Notes: generated from the letters alone by a model not told the origin. A DNA stretch of 64,000 nucleotides from Octopus vulgaris (GCA_951406725.2 OX597815.1:78244001-78308000), one strand, 5' to 3'; shown: positions 1 through 12,933, counted from the stretch's first letter. Made by a program: numbers and translations.

Positions 1-480
1 CGAGCGTTAAACTAATAGATCTGTTTGTTGTCTACAGTACCTGTCTTCGTCTTTTTTGTATGTGAATTCTTATATATATGTATGCATAATTGTTCATGTA
101 TATAAATATATGTGTGTATGTATGTATGTATGCATGTATGTGTAAGAATTAACTCTTCCTTCTCTAATATATGCATATGTATGTGTATGTATATATATGT
201 GTGTGTTAGGTGTGATGTAGAGAAATTGAATATTGAGAAAAAAAGTCGTCAGAATTTGGGAAAAAATCCTTTTATTAGCGCTTTCGTTCCTTTCTAGAAC
301 TTGTCAAATGAAATTATGTGAATGTACAAACAGTTTGTTTATTTATATGAAACAGATGTTTTTTGGGGGGTAGGGGGAGGGTTGTATAGAAGAGAATACT
401 GTTATTGTTTTTGGGGTGAAGTTCTATGACAATGGAGATGGTTAGATGGAAATATAGGTAGGTAAATAGGCTCATAGATA

Positions 481-3400
481 TGTTTCTTTATTAGCCACAC
501 AGGGCAGCACACAAACGGGACAAATTACAAGGTAGAGCTTTTCTTTTGGGGGAGAAAAAAAAGTGGGGTAGGTTTTCGATCAAAAGGTATCGTAAAAAGG
601 AAAGAAATAGGAAAGGGAAAGAGGAAAGCAAAAAAAAAAAAACGGAAAGAAAAAAATCGATCAATAGGGATCGTGTATCACAGAAATGTCATGATATAAA
701 GTGTAAAGGGGGAAACAGGTGAGGTTTATCTGTGGAAAGAAAAACCTGCGGAAAAGACCACGGTAACCTCGGTCAATAATGTCACATGTTAACACATTTA
801 TTTGCAAGTAAGTAACTTGCTGTTTTAAATTTTCCGGGTTCATAGGATCATACTCAAGGTGACTTCGTCATTCATACGTGCCATCCTTGCTACATTCACC
901 CATCTTTTTTTTAAACATTCGCTTGACAAAACTTGCCTCTCTACTCTCATTTTCCTTTTCAAGTGATACTTAAAGAAGTTGATGAGAGATTGACCAGAGG
1001 GGAAAGTGTTTGTCTCTAATCCTTTCAGACGCGTCCATCAGATACATTCTTTCGCCATGGCCACAAGTATGATGAAAATAGCTCTTCGTTCCCGTTTGAA
1101 GGAAGGAGGCGTGACGATATTGACAATAGAGTCGGCTGATAAACCGACTCGTCTCACACGTGACAGCAGTCGTTCGACATAAGCCCACAGGTCGGAAGTG
1201 GTTGGACACTGCACGAGTGCGTGCAGAACGGTTTCGTCGCTCTGACCGCATCTCGGGCAGGTCGGCCCCGTGTTTCTCGAGCCGTGTCTGTAGAGCTTAT
1301 CCCGAACGGGTAGCGCTTCTCCGTAGCACTGCCAGGTCAGGGATCTCTGGAAGTTGTCCATAGGTCCCGGCCCGAAAGTCGTCTTAAACAGGCAGGTCAG
1401 GTATTCCTCGTCGACGCCCAGGTTCGCCCCGAGATCGTCGTCGTACCTCCCCGCCACTAATCCCCTATAGAATGCTTTGGTTGTGTTGAAGTCACTCAAG
1501 GTCGACCCGGGACGGCATAGTTGCTTGAGAGCAACGCGACACTTGCGGTGCCATTCGCCCTTCTTCAGCCTCTTTTTGATCCACGACTGTAGTTCGGCCA
1601 TGGAGACGAGCTGCGGGAAAGTGTGCCTCACAAACGGCGACCACACCTGTTCACCGTCGTCTACGTAGAGCGGGAGGTGTCGCAGTCTCAGCGCGTGTCT
1701 GCGCATCATCAACCACGGCGTGCCCAGCCCTCCTTTTAACGGGCGTTGACAGCAAATGGATCGCCTGACCATCGGGACGCATCCTTTCCACAAGAAGCGG
1801 AAGAGAATGCGTTCTAATTTGGTGATGGTAGGGTCGGGACAAGGTACGACGGTCAGGCGGTAGTAGATGACGGACGCGATATACGTGTTCGCCACCTCTT
1901 CCCGACCTTTTACGGACAGTTTCCTCTCGGCCCATTGCCGGGAGAGAGTGACCACCTTACTCGTTATCTCGTTTCAGTTCTCCATTTGGAGGTCCGGACC
2001 GAACCAAACCCCGAGCAACTCGACCGGGCCGTTTGTCCAGCGTCCCACGACGGATGCTCTGGTGGACGGCATGGGCTTGCTTTTCCAGGTGCCGAACCGC
2101 AAACCCACTGACTTTTCCCGGTTGATTTTCGCTCCTGTCACCGCTTCGTAGTCTTTCAGTGTCTCGCCGACCAGCTCGATGTGCTTGTGGCTTGACACTA
2201 TGACTGTGACGTCGTCCGCGTATGCAGACACGCTCGTCCCGCATCCCAGTTCTTGCGGGATGCCCCTCAGAGTCGCCAGCTTCCGCAGTAGTGGCTCGGG
2301 AGTCAATACGTATAGAAGCGACGAGAGGGGGCATCCCTGACAGACCGAACGTGCAATGTCGAAAGGTCTCGATAGATGTCCATTTACGTGAATTACCAAA
2401 AGGATAATTCTGTACAAAGGAGCTATCCAGCCGCGGAAAACGGGACCGAAACCAGCCGCTCTGAGGACTGCCTCCAAGTAGCGATGGTCTACCCTGTCGA
2501 AAGCTTTTGATTGATCCAAATTGATCAGGGCTCCACCCATGCCAGGTTCCTTAACTACCTTGTCTATGATGTAGCGCACCAGATGGAGGTTGTCATGGAT
2601 GCTCCGGCCCGGCACGGCGCACGTTTGTGCCTTGTCGACCAGTTTCTCGATGACAAGCGCCAACTTCTTAGCTAACACCTTGGCCAAAATTTTCAAGCCT
2701 GCATTGAGCAGAGTGATGGGCCTAAAGTTACTTATAATGTCCCCCTTGTTTGGATCTTTCTTCAGCAGCGTTACGGCTCCTCGACTCACAAAACCGGGTA
2801 TGCTCCCGTTTTGCTGCCAGCTGCAATACACCGTTGCCAAGATGTCTCCAAACAAGTCTTGCATACAATTGTAAAACTCGTAGGGCAGACCATCCAGACC
2901 CGGCGATTTGTCCCTCGAGCATCCTGCCATCGCATCCCTCACTTCCGCCGTCGTGATGGCACCTTCGCAGCACTCTGCCTCTCTTGCCGAGAATCGTGGC
3001 AGGCTGTGCAGGTAGGCACTGAAGTCCACCCTGCGTTTACGCTCGCCACTCGTCCCGTACAGTCGGGCAAAATGCCGCTGAAATACCTCGCACATCTTGC
3101 TGGGCTCGAGCAATTCGCGCCTTGTTCGTCTACCAGAGACAGAATGGTGGCTTTGTTACCCTGCTGCGCCTCCACCACCCGGGCTTCTCTCGCGGCTCCA
3201 ACACGCATCCTAGTCCTAACAGCACACCCTTCGTGTTTGGCGTTGAAGTGTTGGTCGAGGGCCAACCTCGCCGCCAAAACGTCTGATGCGATGCCGCTTC
3301 TTATTGCCTCTTCTAACTTCTTAACTAACTCACCCTCTACTCTGTTTCTATCTACGCCTAGTGGCTTAACTTCTTAACTAACTCACCCTCTACTCTGTTT

Positions 3401-3762
3401 CTATCTACGCCTAGTGCCTTGCTATATCTAATTGCTTCCGCTTTTACTGCTCTCTTGAGGGCGAACCACCATTTGCTGTTGACGATGGCCCCCGTCAAAG
3501 CCCTCTTTACTAACGTGCTGATTCTGTCTCTGAAAACCTTTGTGATCCGTGTAGCTGACAGTGTGGAATTGTGGACATCCTAAGTTATCCTTGTCTACTG
3601 TCCTACACAGTATCCTATCTAGATACGATCTCAATGACCCACTGCGGTTGCTCCACGTCCACGCTGGTGCATTTGAGTAGTCGAGTCGGTACCTGTCAGA
3701 CAGTTGGAATCGTCTGAGCAGGTCTCTGAGGCATTTGCATCCCCGTCTGTTTTTGTCTGTCA
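481..3762 (-). mobile_element. Tx1/L1-clade LINE, 5'-truncated and frameshifted ORF2 (APE endonuclease fragment, RT, zinc finger) plus 3' UTR
   Basis: Minus ORFs: 3428-3763 (SYLDRIL, SYTDHK: APE C-terminal motifs); 1974-3113 (KSPGLDG, FRPITLLN, LDQSKAFDRV, QGCPLS, AYADD: RT); 1038-1955 (CPRC..ETVLHALVQC, zf-RVT). The 3' end carries AATAAA near 487-492. The 5' truncation abuts a (TAGA)n tract. Internal ~48-bp tandem duplication at ~3316-3416. Confidence 0.92.
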
Positions 3763-3773
3763 TAGATAGATAA

Positions 3774-3854
<81 letters not shown>

Positions 3855-3860
3855 TACGTA
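3763..3860. repeat. (TAGA)n/(CAGA)n microsatellite
   Basis: Directly visible tetranucleotide tract. Confidence 0.95.
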
Positions 3861-4810
3861 GAGGGGAAGAGAGAGAGAAGGGATATCTACCTTCCTATTC
3901 ACCATTTATTTATTTATTTATCTAGTCCTTTACCATTGTATTGGAATGGGTTTAAGGATGGTAACCTCCAAAAAAAATAGGTGCGGTTTGGTCATCACTG
4001 AAAGTCAATTTGTTTTCTTTCTCTCTTCACCCTTCTTTTTCTTTTTTCTTTTTTTCTGCCCTTTCTTTTATCTTCCTCTCTTTTTTCCTTTTTTCTTTTC
4101 CTCTTCCTTCTTTTTGCCTTCCTTTTTTCTCCTCTTTGAGTTATATTTAGAATATACCCTTTTCAAACATTCATTTTTTGATAAAGTGTAGTTCTGTATG
4201 AAAATACATTAGTATCATATTTGCAAATTAACAATTTGAAAGTTCAATCAGTAAATAAGATAAAACGAAGATATATATATATACATAACAAAGTGCAGTT
4301 GTAAGGTACCGCACGAGTGGAATTATATATGAAAGAAGGTTTGAAAATGCAATTTTAAAAGATGTTTATTTACTTTACCGGTTTCACTTTTTTAGAAAAA
4401 GATTGTCAAAAGTAACACGTAAAAGCTTGGTTGTGTTAGGTACTGGTTATCACAAAATATTACAATATACATATACATTCTTTGATAATAAGAACATCTT
4501 AAGAACAGTTTACAAAGGAAAATCTTGGGAATATATAAAAAAAGTTTAACAAGTTCATTAAAATATTGGGCACAAAAGATTACAAAATATATATACATTT
4601 TGAAGAAAATGTTAAAGACAGTTTCCAGAAAGAATTATTAAAAAGTTCAGTGGAATATTTGTATTGTATCTGTATATATATACACAGAATATTATGAGTT
4701 CAAAAAGTTTACATTTTAGTAGTAGGGTAGTTTTAACTGAGTCTTTTACGAAAACATGGTGAATCAGGTCAGTTAAAACAACCCTACTACTAAAATGTAA
4801 ACTTTTTTGA

Positions 4811-5395
4811 ACTTGAAGAAGTTGATGAGAGATTGGTCAGAGAGGAAAGTGTTTGTCTCTAATCCTTTCAGACGCGTCCACCAGATACATTGTGAAAGGA
4901 TTTGAGACAAACACTTTCTTCTCTGGTCAATCTCTCATCAACTTCTTCAAGTGTCACTTGAAAAGGAAAGTGAGAGTAGAGAGGCAAGTTTTGTCTAGCG
5001 AATGTTTAAAAAAAATATGGGTGAATGTAGCAAGGATGGAACGTATGAATGACGAAGCCACCTTGAGCATAATCCTATGAACCCGGAAAATTTAAAACAG
5101 AGGGTTACCTACTTGCAAACAAATGTGTTAACATGTAACATCATTGACCAAGGTTACTGTGGTCTTTTCCGTGGGCTTTTCTTCCCACAGATAAACCTTA
5201 TCTACTTCCCCCTTTACACTTTACACCATGACACTGTGATACATGATCCCTATTGATCTTGTTTTCTTCTTTCCTTTTTACGATCCCTTTTGATGGAAAA
5301 CCTAACCCACCTTTTTTTTCTCCCCCAAAAAGAAAAGCTCTACTTTGTAATCTGTCCCGTCTGTGTGCAGCCCTGCGTGGCTAATAAAGAAACAT
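4811..5395 (+). mobile_element. Tx1/L1 3'-end fragment (same family as 481-3762, opposite orientation) with a 5' inverted duplication
   Basis: 4893-5395 is the reverse-complement homolog of ~481-1030 (FFSGQSLINFFK...KVRVER; ends ctaataaagaaacat). 4811-4891 is an inverted copy of the fragment's own 5' part. Confidence 0.88.
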
Positions 5396-5689
5396 TGCTT
5401 AATTTATGTATCATTTATTTGAAATATATATATACATATAATTTAATATAGGTTTGTGCGTAGTTGTGTCCTTAACAAAGTCACTTCATTGCTTTCTGGT
5501 ACATTTAACTCAACATCATGAAAAACATTTAATTAGCATAGGCTTCAATAGTTGACAATAAAACATTTCAGTGATTCTTCCAGTCAAAAGATCGCACGAA
5601 AGTGAAAGTGGTTTCCTTCAAAATGAAACTATCGGGAAACAAAGTAAATATTTGAACTCTCAAAATACGCTTAGGGCAAACCTAATCAT

Positions 5690-6190
5690 CACCGGGGCCA
5701 CGCGGTAACCAACTTCGTTCTTCCTTCTTCTGTATCTGCTCCAGAATACCTTGTAGATGGAGCACTCGGCCTTTCTTCCGAATCATCTACAATATCATGA
5801 TCACCGTCACTGTTGTCACATTCCATACTACCTGTTTTCTGCCATTTTGGAGAAAGTGACTCACTTTCGTTTTCACTCTTAGACATTTGTTGCTTCTTTG
5901 GTGCATTTCCTGTTGCACGCGCTTTTGCCTCAATTTTCAATCGTTTGACAGCTTCAGACGATGTCAGGACTTCTCATTGGGAAGCTTGGACACAGCACCT
6001 GCTCTTGTTGGAGTTTGTGACTGCAATTCTGGTTTCAGCTGATTTTGCATGAGAAATGGCTGAACATATTGCCTCACGCAAGAGCTTTCTCAGGCCATTG
6101 AATAATAACTTAGTGAAAATTGATGAGGACCCTTGCTCTGGCTCCCCTAAGATACAAACTTCTTTGCCACCTACAGCCGATCGATTTTTG
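5690..6190 (-). mobile_element. Possible pogo/DDE_1-type transposase C-terminal remnant
   Basis: Reading through a stop gives ...KSRCCVQASQ*EVLTSSEAVKRLKIEAKAR... followed by an acidic tract, resembling the 'GEVLTS.E' C-terminus of pogo-like transposases. No catalytic motif is visible. Confidence 0.3.
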
Positions 6191-6212
6191 TTGTTGCTGA
6201 TGTTGATGTTGG

Positions 6213-6295
<83 letters not shown>

Positions 6296-6304
6296 GTGAT
6301 GATG
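6213..6304. repeat. (GAT)n microsatellite
   Basis: Directly visible; source of the spurious poly-I/H/M ORFs. Confidence 0.95.
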
Positions 6305-6961
6305 AAATAAATTAAATTTTTCCCAACGTTTAACACAACTAGCACAGTCATGTATGTTTCCAGAAAATGCGATATTTGCTCCAAACGATTTGGTTGTTGT
6401 TAAAACAGCCATTGCACAAATCATTAACAATTGCATTGAGGTAGATTTGTCTACAAGTCTATGGACACAGTTTTAGATCCCAAAGAAACTGAAGTTTTAG
6501 ATCTCAAAGAAAAGCTACGCATGGCAAGTTGAGAAGGCTGCAAGAAGCTGAGAGTTACATTGTTGATAATTTCAGAAAATAAATGGACACAAGAAATAGT
6601 TCATATTTATCATAACTTTTGTTTGATATTTACGAAGTTCAGCGCAAATCTGACGAATTGGAGTAAATACAATATGTTAGTCCATGAGAAAATTTTTTGC
6701 CGTTGTAGTTCTTATGATATTTTTATCTTCTGTGTGTGTGTGGTATGTCTATGTTGCTAAGTGTGATAGTTGGTTATAATTGATGTCCTCTGTAGTTGCT
6801 GATAAGGGAGACAATGAAATTGTTCGGTGATATTTTATTTATTTACCTTTTTCTTATTTTTACTTGACAAAAAGGGGTGTATATAGATGGACTTCTGACA
6901 TATCTGGAATGGTGGCTTCCAGCTGGCGAAAATTACATAATTTTAAATGCCTGTAACATTA

Positions 6962-7020
<59 letters not shown>

Positions 7021-7023
<3 letters not shown>

Positions 7024-7925
7024 TAGGTTTATTTTTATAATGTGCTTTCACTTCACTACCGAGCGCAGCTCTGTGTGCCTTGGGTATATACTGTGGTTTG
7101 CTTGTGATGCTCTTATAGTTACTGTATTGAAAGTGTTTTGCGTAGGATATGTGAAGTGCCCAGGAGTGCAATTTTCTGTATATTGTATATATTTGTAAGT
7201 CCTGGTGTTTTTGTTATGTATTTGTCTGAATATTTTTTATCATACCTAATGCACTCACTATGATAGGAATTATTTCTGTTTTTAGATTCCACATTCGAGT
7301 TACAGGTCTTTGTATATTGAAAGTTTCTCCATTTCTTTTAGAGAAACGTTGTCATCTGCTGGTATTGATACATCAATAAGAACGCTTTTTTTTCTTCGTG
7401 ATCTCTGACAACTATATCTGGCCTATTGGCCTTAATTTCTATATATGTATGTATTGGCATATCCCAGAGTATGGTTGCTTTCTCGTTTTCTGTTACCTTT
7501 TCTGGCGTGTGCTTATACCAGCTTTTTTCTGTTGTTAATCCATAGTGTTGGCATAGCTTCCAGTGTATGTAGGTCCCAACTCTGTCCTGTGTGTGAATAT
7601 ATTCCTTCTTAGCCAAGACTGGGCAGCCAGAGATAATATCATTTGTTGTCCATCTCCACATATTCTGCAGTTACTTGATATGTTTCTTTTCATTATATGT
7701 TTTTGGTAATTTCTGGTGGGGAGGCTTTGGTCTTGTGCTTGCAATTAAAAATATTTCAGTCTCTGCTTTGAGTTTCTCAACCATTACTGGGATTTTTCTC
7801 TGTCTATTTATTTTGCGTTTATTTTAGCCCAGTATTTGCCACGAAGGGGCTTTTCTTGTCATCGTTTTATCAAGGTCCGTTGCTGTTCTATTTTTAGTAT
7901 GGATTTCATTTGTTTTATAGCTTTT
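7021..7925 (-). mobile_element. R4/Dong-like RLE non-LTR retrotransposon 3' fragment
   Basis: CRICG zinc finger, ATILWD and NRPDIVVRD (PD..D restriction-like endonuclease) in ORFs 7338-7661 and 7535-7744. The 3' end abuts (TTA)n at 6958-7020. Confidence 0.82.
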
Positions 7926-8214
7926 GTTTCTTCTTCTTCTTCTTCTTCTTCTTCTTCTTCTTCTTCTTCTTCTTCTTCTTCTTCTTCTTCTTCATATTTG
8001 TCGTCAACATCGGTGTAGAAAATTTTTTCAAAAATCAGCTGAAAATTTTAAATAATTTAAAGATCCGAAATTGGTAATAATCTGTCTGTCGTTCACCATG
8101 TCTATAGACACTGTTTCTCGCTACTTGGGCGGTGTTAATTCGCTGTGCAACCCAGACTATACTTTATTTTTAAAAAGTATTCTCTTTTTCTCTTTTTTTA
8201 TTTTTTATTATTTT

Positions 8215-8600
8215 TTTACTTGTTTCAGTCATTTTGACTGCAGCCATGCTGGAGCACCGCCTTTAATCGAGCAACTCGACCCTGTACTTATTCTATCGGT
8301 CTCTTTTGCCGAACCGCTAATTGACGGGGACATAAACACACCAGCATCGGTTGTCAAGCAATGCTAGGGAGACAAACACAGACACACAAACATATACGCA
8401 CACACACACTCACATATATATAAATATACATATATACGACGGGCTTCTTTCAGTTTCCGTCTACCAAATCCACTCACAGGGCTTTGGTCGGCTCGAGGCT
8501 ATAGTAGAAGACACTTGCCCAATGTGCCACGCAGTGGGACTGAACCCGGAACCATGTGGTTGGTAAACAAGCTACTTACCACACAGCCACTCCTGCGCCT
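8215..8600 (-). mobile_element. tRNA-derived SINE, family B (CORE-like)
   Basis: Minus strand reads ggcgcaggagtggctgtgtggtaag (A box) ... gggttcagtccc (B box) ... gtggcacattgggcaagtgtcttc (CORE-like); several homologous copies in the window. Confidence 0.85.
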
Positions 8601-8635
8601 ATTCTGTTAATATTTCAAAAACAGAATGTGCGCGT

Positions 8636-8698
<63 letters not shown>

Positions 8699-9691
8699 TT
8701 AAACGCTTACTCGCTAGTAAACAGATTGTTCCTTCCTGACGGCATACAGTTTTACATTATTGTGCGACAAGAAACTATGCATTGTGTTTTAAACCTCCAT
8801 TCCCTTCTTTCAAAAGCCCAAGCAGAAATTAATTCTGTGTTTGACGCCTATTCGTCTACATCACTTTCTAGGTAGCCATCTTGTAGTTGGTCTTATGGTT
8901 TAGCTTCAGCTGAGCCACGCAGTTGCTTTTATCTAGATTATTTACATTTACTATTTATTTACGCTTTGTAACGCCTGCTAAATATCACATATCCATTTTA
9001 CTTCTACCATTGATATTTATTTATTTTTAACATTTTTTTTTGTATTTTTGAAGTAGAAATAACAAACAGATAAATGAATACACAAATAAAGTGTCACCTA
9101 GCAAATCCCGTCTCTTCTTACCAGTACCTGCATAGAACCTCAAATATACCCAGCCATGAAACATAGTAACATAGATATATCACACACACACAAGACTGAA
9201 ATACTAGAAATTACATACCGCGCTTCAGATGAATATCACAATTGGCTTAAAAGGAAAATACAGCAATAATAGAGTACGAAAAATACATTTGATTCACCGT
9301 TCATTATTGCAAACTTTTCTCTGAATCTCGTCACATTAAACCACAAAGAACTGAAAAGAACTCAGTTCACTATACATCAGAACAGTTTGTACACTGGCAA
9401 CACTTAAGGATCACCTACATAACGATGTAGAAACAGTAAACGGAAAAGGTCGCCATTATACTAGTCGCTCTTACACGAAAAATCACCAGCGAACACCTGC
9501 AAGGAACCCTTATGAAGTTCCTTCGTTACCTCTGGGTGGAACTCCCTCTGTTGGGGAAATTTGTTATAAGATTTTTGATAATTGTCATTGCTTTTATTAT
9601 TTATATATTCTCTGTAAATCCCCACTGTCCTTTGTCTTTGGATTGCGCTAAATGTTTTCACGGTCTTTGTGGCCAATAACAAAAGGATCAT

Positions 9692-9725
<34 letters not shown>

Positions 9726-9758
9726 TTCATCATTATTATTATTGCTGTTGTTGTTGTT

Positions 9759-10225
9759 AAAGCAGCAAGCTGGCAGAATCGTTAGCACGCCGGGTAAAAT
9801 GCTTAGCGGTATTTCGTCTGCCGCTACGTTCAGAGTTCAAATTCCGCCGAGGTCGACTTTGCCTTTCATCCTTTCGGAGTCGATTAAATAAGTACCAGTT
9901 ACGCACTGGGGTCGATATAATCGACTTAATCCGTTTGTCTGTCCTTGTTTGTCTTCTCTGTGTTTAGCCTCTTGTAGGTAGTAAAGAAATAGGTATTTCG
10001 TCTGCCGTTACGTTCTGAGTTCAAATTCCGCCGAGGTCGACTTTGCCTTTCATCCTTTCGGGGTCGATTAAATAAGTACCAGTTACTCACTGGGGTCGAT
10101 ATAATCGACTCAATCCGTTTGTCTGTCCTTGTTTGTCCTCTCTGTGTTTAGCCCCTTGTGGGTAGTAAAGAAATAGGTATTTCGTCTGCCACTACGTTCT
10201 GAGTTCTAATTCTGCTGAGATCGAT
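9759..10225 (+). mobile_element. tRNA-derived SINE, family A (gtcgactttgcctttcatcc core; Meta-domain-like), as a 184-bp tandem multimer
   Basis: Head agctggcagaatcgttagc, B box gagttcaaattcc; the repeat unit ggtatttcg... recurs at 9808, 9992 and 10176. Confidence 0.88.
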
Positions 10226-10319
10226 GATTAATACTCTCATCTTCTGCAAATTCTATATTTGCTGCCAGACTGAGTTTTGTCGAACTTTGCCTTGAATAGA
10301 TTTGAGTAGATCAATCGTA

Positions 10320-11040
10320 GACCAAGGCAGGGTGCCTCGCGCCTAGAGTGTCGTCAGTTGCCCACACTCCTCTGTCAGTCAGACAATGCGGTCGGTGGAA
10401 ATTCCAATATGAGAGTTAGTGACAGGTAAGTGCGACGACGTTCTCAGGGAGACTCGACAAGAACGAGTTGACTGGCCTGTTCTGGAGTACTTCCGGCCGG
10501 GGCCTATGGATAATTTTCAGAAATCCTTGGCCTGGCAGTGCTATCGGGGGCACAGACTGTCCGAGATAAATTCTACAGGCAAGGAACTGCAGTCAGCCGG
10601 GCTTGCCCGAGATGCGCGCAGAACGACGAAACCGTTCTGCACACTCTTGTCCAATGCCCGAGTATTTCTGACGTGTGTGTTTATGTCGAACACTTGCTGT
10701 CGTGTGTAGAATGAATCCGGCTATATTCTGAAACCATTGTGTAGATAGTTCCGCTGCCTTCCTTTGGCCGGGAAAGGCAGGCTGTTTTTCTTTGCCTGGT
10801 AGCCCTAGCAAAAGAGGTTATGTGGAGGGTGAGACTGAAATGGCTGAAGGCAGACACTTTCCCCTTCGGCCAAGCTCTCATCAACTTTTTCAAATTTCTC
10901 TTGAAAAGAAAAGTGAGGGTGGAGAGGGAAGTTCTTCCCCCCAGCAATTTTGTAACCTTTCATGTAACCTCACATTGTATTTGTCCTCTGTTATCCATAA
11001 TGCTTTTTTTTTGTAAACCCTTTGTGGTTAATAAAGAAAT
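10320..11040 (+). mobile_element. Tx1/L1 ORF2 C-terminal fragment and 3' UTR
   Basis: PGPMDNFQKSLAWQCY and GQALINFFKFLLKRKVRVER match the 1038-1955 ORF family; ends ttaataaagaaat before a (CAT)/(TAT)n tract. Confidence 0.82.
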
Positions 11041-11070
11041 CATCATCATCATTATTATTACTATTATTAC

Positions 11071-11121
<51 letters not shown>

Positions 11122-11407
11122 CATCATCATTATCATTATTATTATTATCATTATTATCAGTCATTAAGGGACATGCTAAACTGGTTATGGTCAAACAACT
11201 GACAAGCAATCTGTGGTATTGAGCAGCATGTTTGTTGTAGCTCATCTTTTATACCGGGATAAAACAATGTACATGATAACACTTCCAATTAGTTAAGATC
11301 AAAAGCCATGAGCCACTGCTTTTATTATCATTATTGTTGTTGTTGTTGTTGTTGTTATCGTTGTTGTCGTCGTCGTCGTCGTTGTTGTTGTTGTTGTTGT
11401 TGTTGTT

Positions 11408-11915
11408 GAGTGAGAGAGCGGTGCATGCCATCAAAGTGACACCGGGGTAAAATGTACACGCAACATCAACTATATAGCACATGTGGTGCATTTTGTTGAC
11501 CACTATTAGGTCCGTTATGCTGAAGCACTTGATCTGTGTGGACTAGGAAATCCCAGAGGATTTTGCTAGTCTCCGACTCCGTCACTCTCTGCGGTTTGTG
11601 CTCATACCACGTTTTGCCTCTCTCTAGTCCCCACTTTTCGCACAGTTTGTAATGTAGCACTTTCGCCACAACTTGTAGTGGTTTTGGGCAAGGCTAGGGT
11701 ATTCGTTCGTGATATGGGCAATGGTTTCATCTACTCTATTACACATGTGACACAGCGGAGACACTTGCTCATTCCTAAGGTCGTCCCTCCAGTTCGTGGC
11801 CCAAGCTTGGTCTTGCTCTGCCAGTATAGTGCTCTCGGTCTCTTTTTAGTGTTCCTTTCTTCAGCCGTTTCCACATATGGGTTTTATGCATGAACTAAAT
11901 AGCAAAATTTTTGCT
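11408..11915 (-). mobile_element. R4/Dong-like RLE LINE fragment
   Basis: VAKVLHYKLC, WYEHKP, KILWDF motifs in ORF 11466-11669; the 3' end abuts a (TTG)n tract. Confidence 0.75.
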
Positions 11916-11918
11916 ATT

Positions 11919-11963
<45 letters not shown>

Positions 11964-11964
11964 T

Positions 11965-12470
11965 ATGGTTTCCTTTCATTATAACTTTACTTCAGCCACC
12001 TAAGTACCAGGCATCCTCCAGAGGCCAAGAGTAGCAAAAGCACTTTTGTTTTGCTAGGCATGCTAAACTTATCGCCACATTTATTCCATTTTAGATGGAG
12101 TGTGCTTTCCGTAGTATATGGGCTGTACCCATCAAAGTTATCTTTTGTAGTTCACGGAGATTGGAGTTACATGGGAGTTGCTTAATATACTTCTCAGTTC
12201 CCTTCTTTATCATTCCCAACGTACCAATTATTACTGGTATTATCGTAGTACTATGCTTCCACATTCTTATGATTTCAATTTGTAGATCTTTATAGTGAGA
12301 AAGCTTTTCGTATTCTTTTCTTGAGACATTTTGATCTTGTTGGACTATTAATAAACAAGTTCTTCTATTGTAGTCTTTGATCACAATGTCTGGTCGATTG
12401 GAGTCAATTTCTCTGTCTGTTTGTATTGGGAAGTTCCAAAGGATGGTGGCGCCCTCGCCTGTACCACTTA
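11965..12470 (-). mobile_element. R4/Dong-like RLE LINE 3' fragment
   Basis: ORF 12091-12504: ILWNFPIQTD..NRPDIVIKD..K.EK...YKDL..EI..MW...IIPVIIGTLG..LQK....GTAHILRK; the 3' end abuts (CAT)n. Confidence 0.88.
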
Positions 12471-12509
12471 TCATGGGATTTATCATTATCATCATTTTTA
12501 TCATTATTT

Positions 12510-12933
12510 TATTGCCTTTGCACAGGTTCTAACGCTAGAGATGTACTACAGTGTCAGCTGTTCACTACCAGTGAACTAAGGTAACACCTCTTATTTTTCG
12601 AGCACTTTCCGGAGTATTCGAGCGGTTCCAAGCAGTGCTGTTTGCTGCAAGTGCTCCAACCTTATTGCAGCCCCTATTTGTTCTATGTACTTCTCAAGAA
12701 TTTTACTCACTGTTCCCAGGGCTCTGACAATTATTGGTACTACAACCACCTTTTTCATCGACCACAACTTCTTTACCTCCCAAGCTAACCTGTCATATCT
12801 ATCGACTATTCTTTCATCCTTGTCGTATACCTTGTTGTCAGCTGGGCATCCTATATCTATAATCCAGCATAGTTTGCTTTCTTTCTCAATTAAGACTATG
12901 TCTGGCTTCTTATTCCCTATCTCATGGTCGCAT
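12510..12933 (-). mobile_element. R4/Dong-like RLE LINE 3' fragment, antisense, ending just upstream of the HYKK splice acceptor
   Basis: Minus-strand reading gives CDHEIGNKKPDIVLIEKESKLCWIIDIGCPAD...VVVVPIIVRALGTV...HLQQTALLGTARILRKVL. Confidence 0.82.

Noticed and set aside
5974-6436. Poly-Ile/His/Met ORFs (also the poly-Leu, poly-Asn, YI and CMYV ORFs elsewhere)
   Set aside because: These are translations of microsatellites, with no splice or homology support.
9808-10225. CRISPR-like array
   Set aside because: These are contiguous 184-bp SINE units without unique spacers, in eukaryotic DNA.
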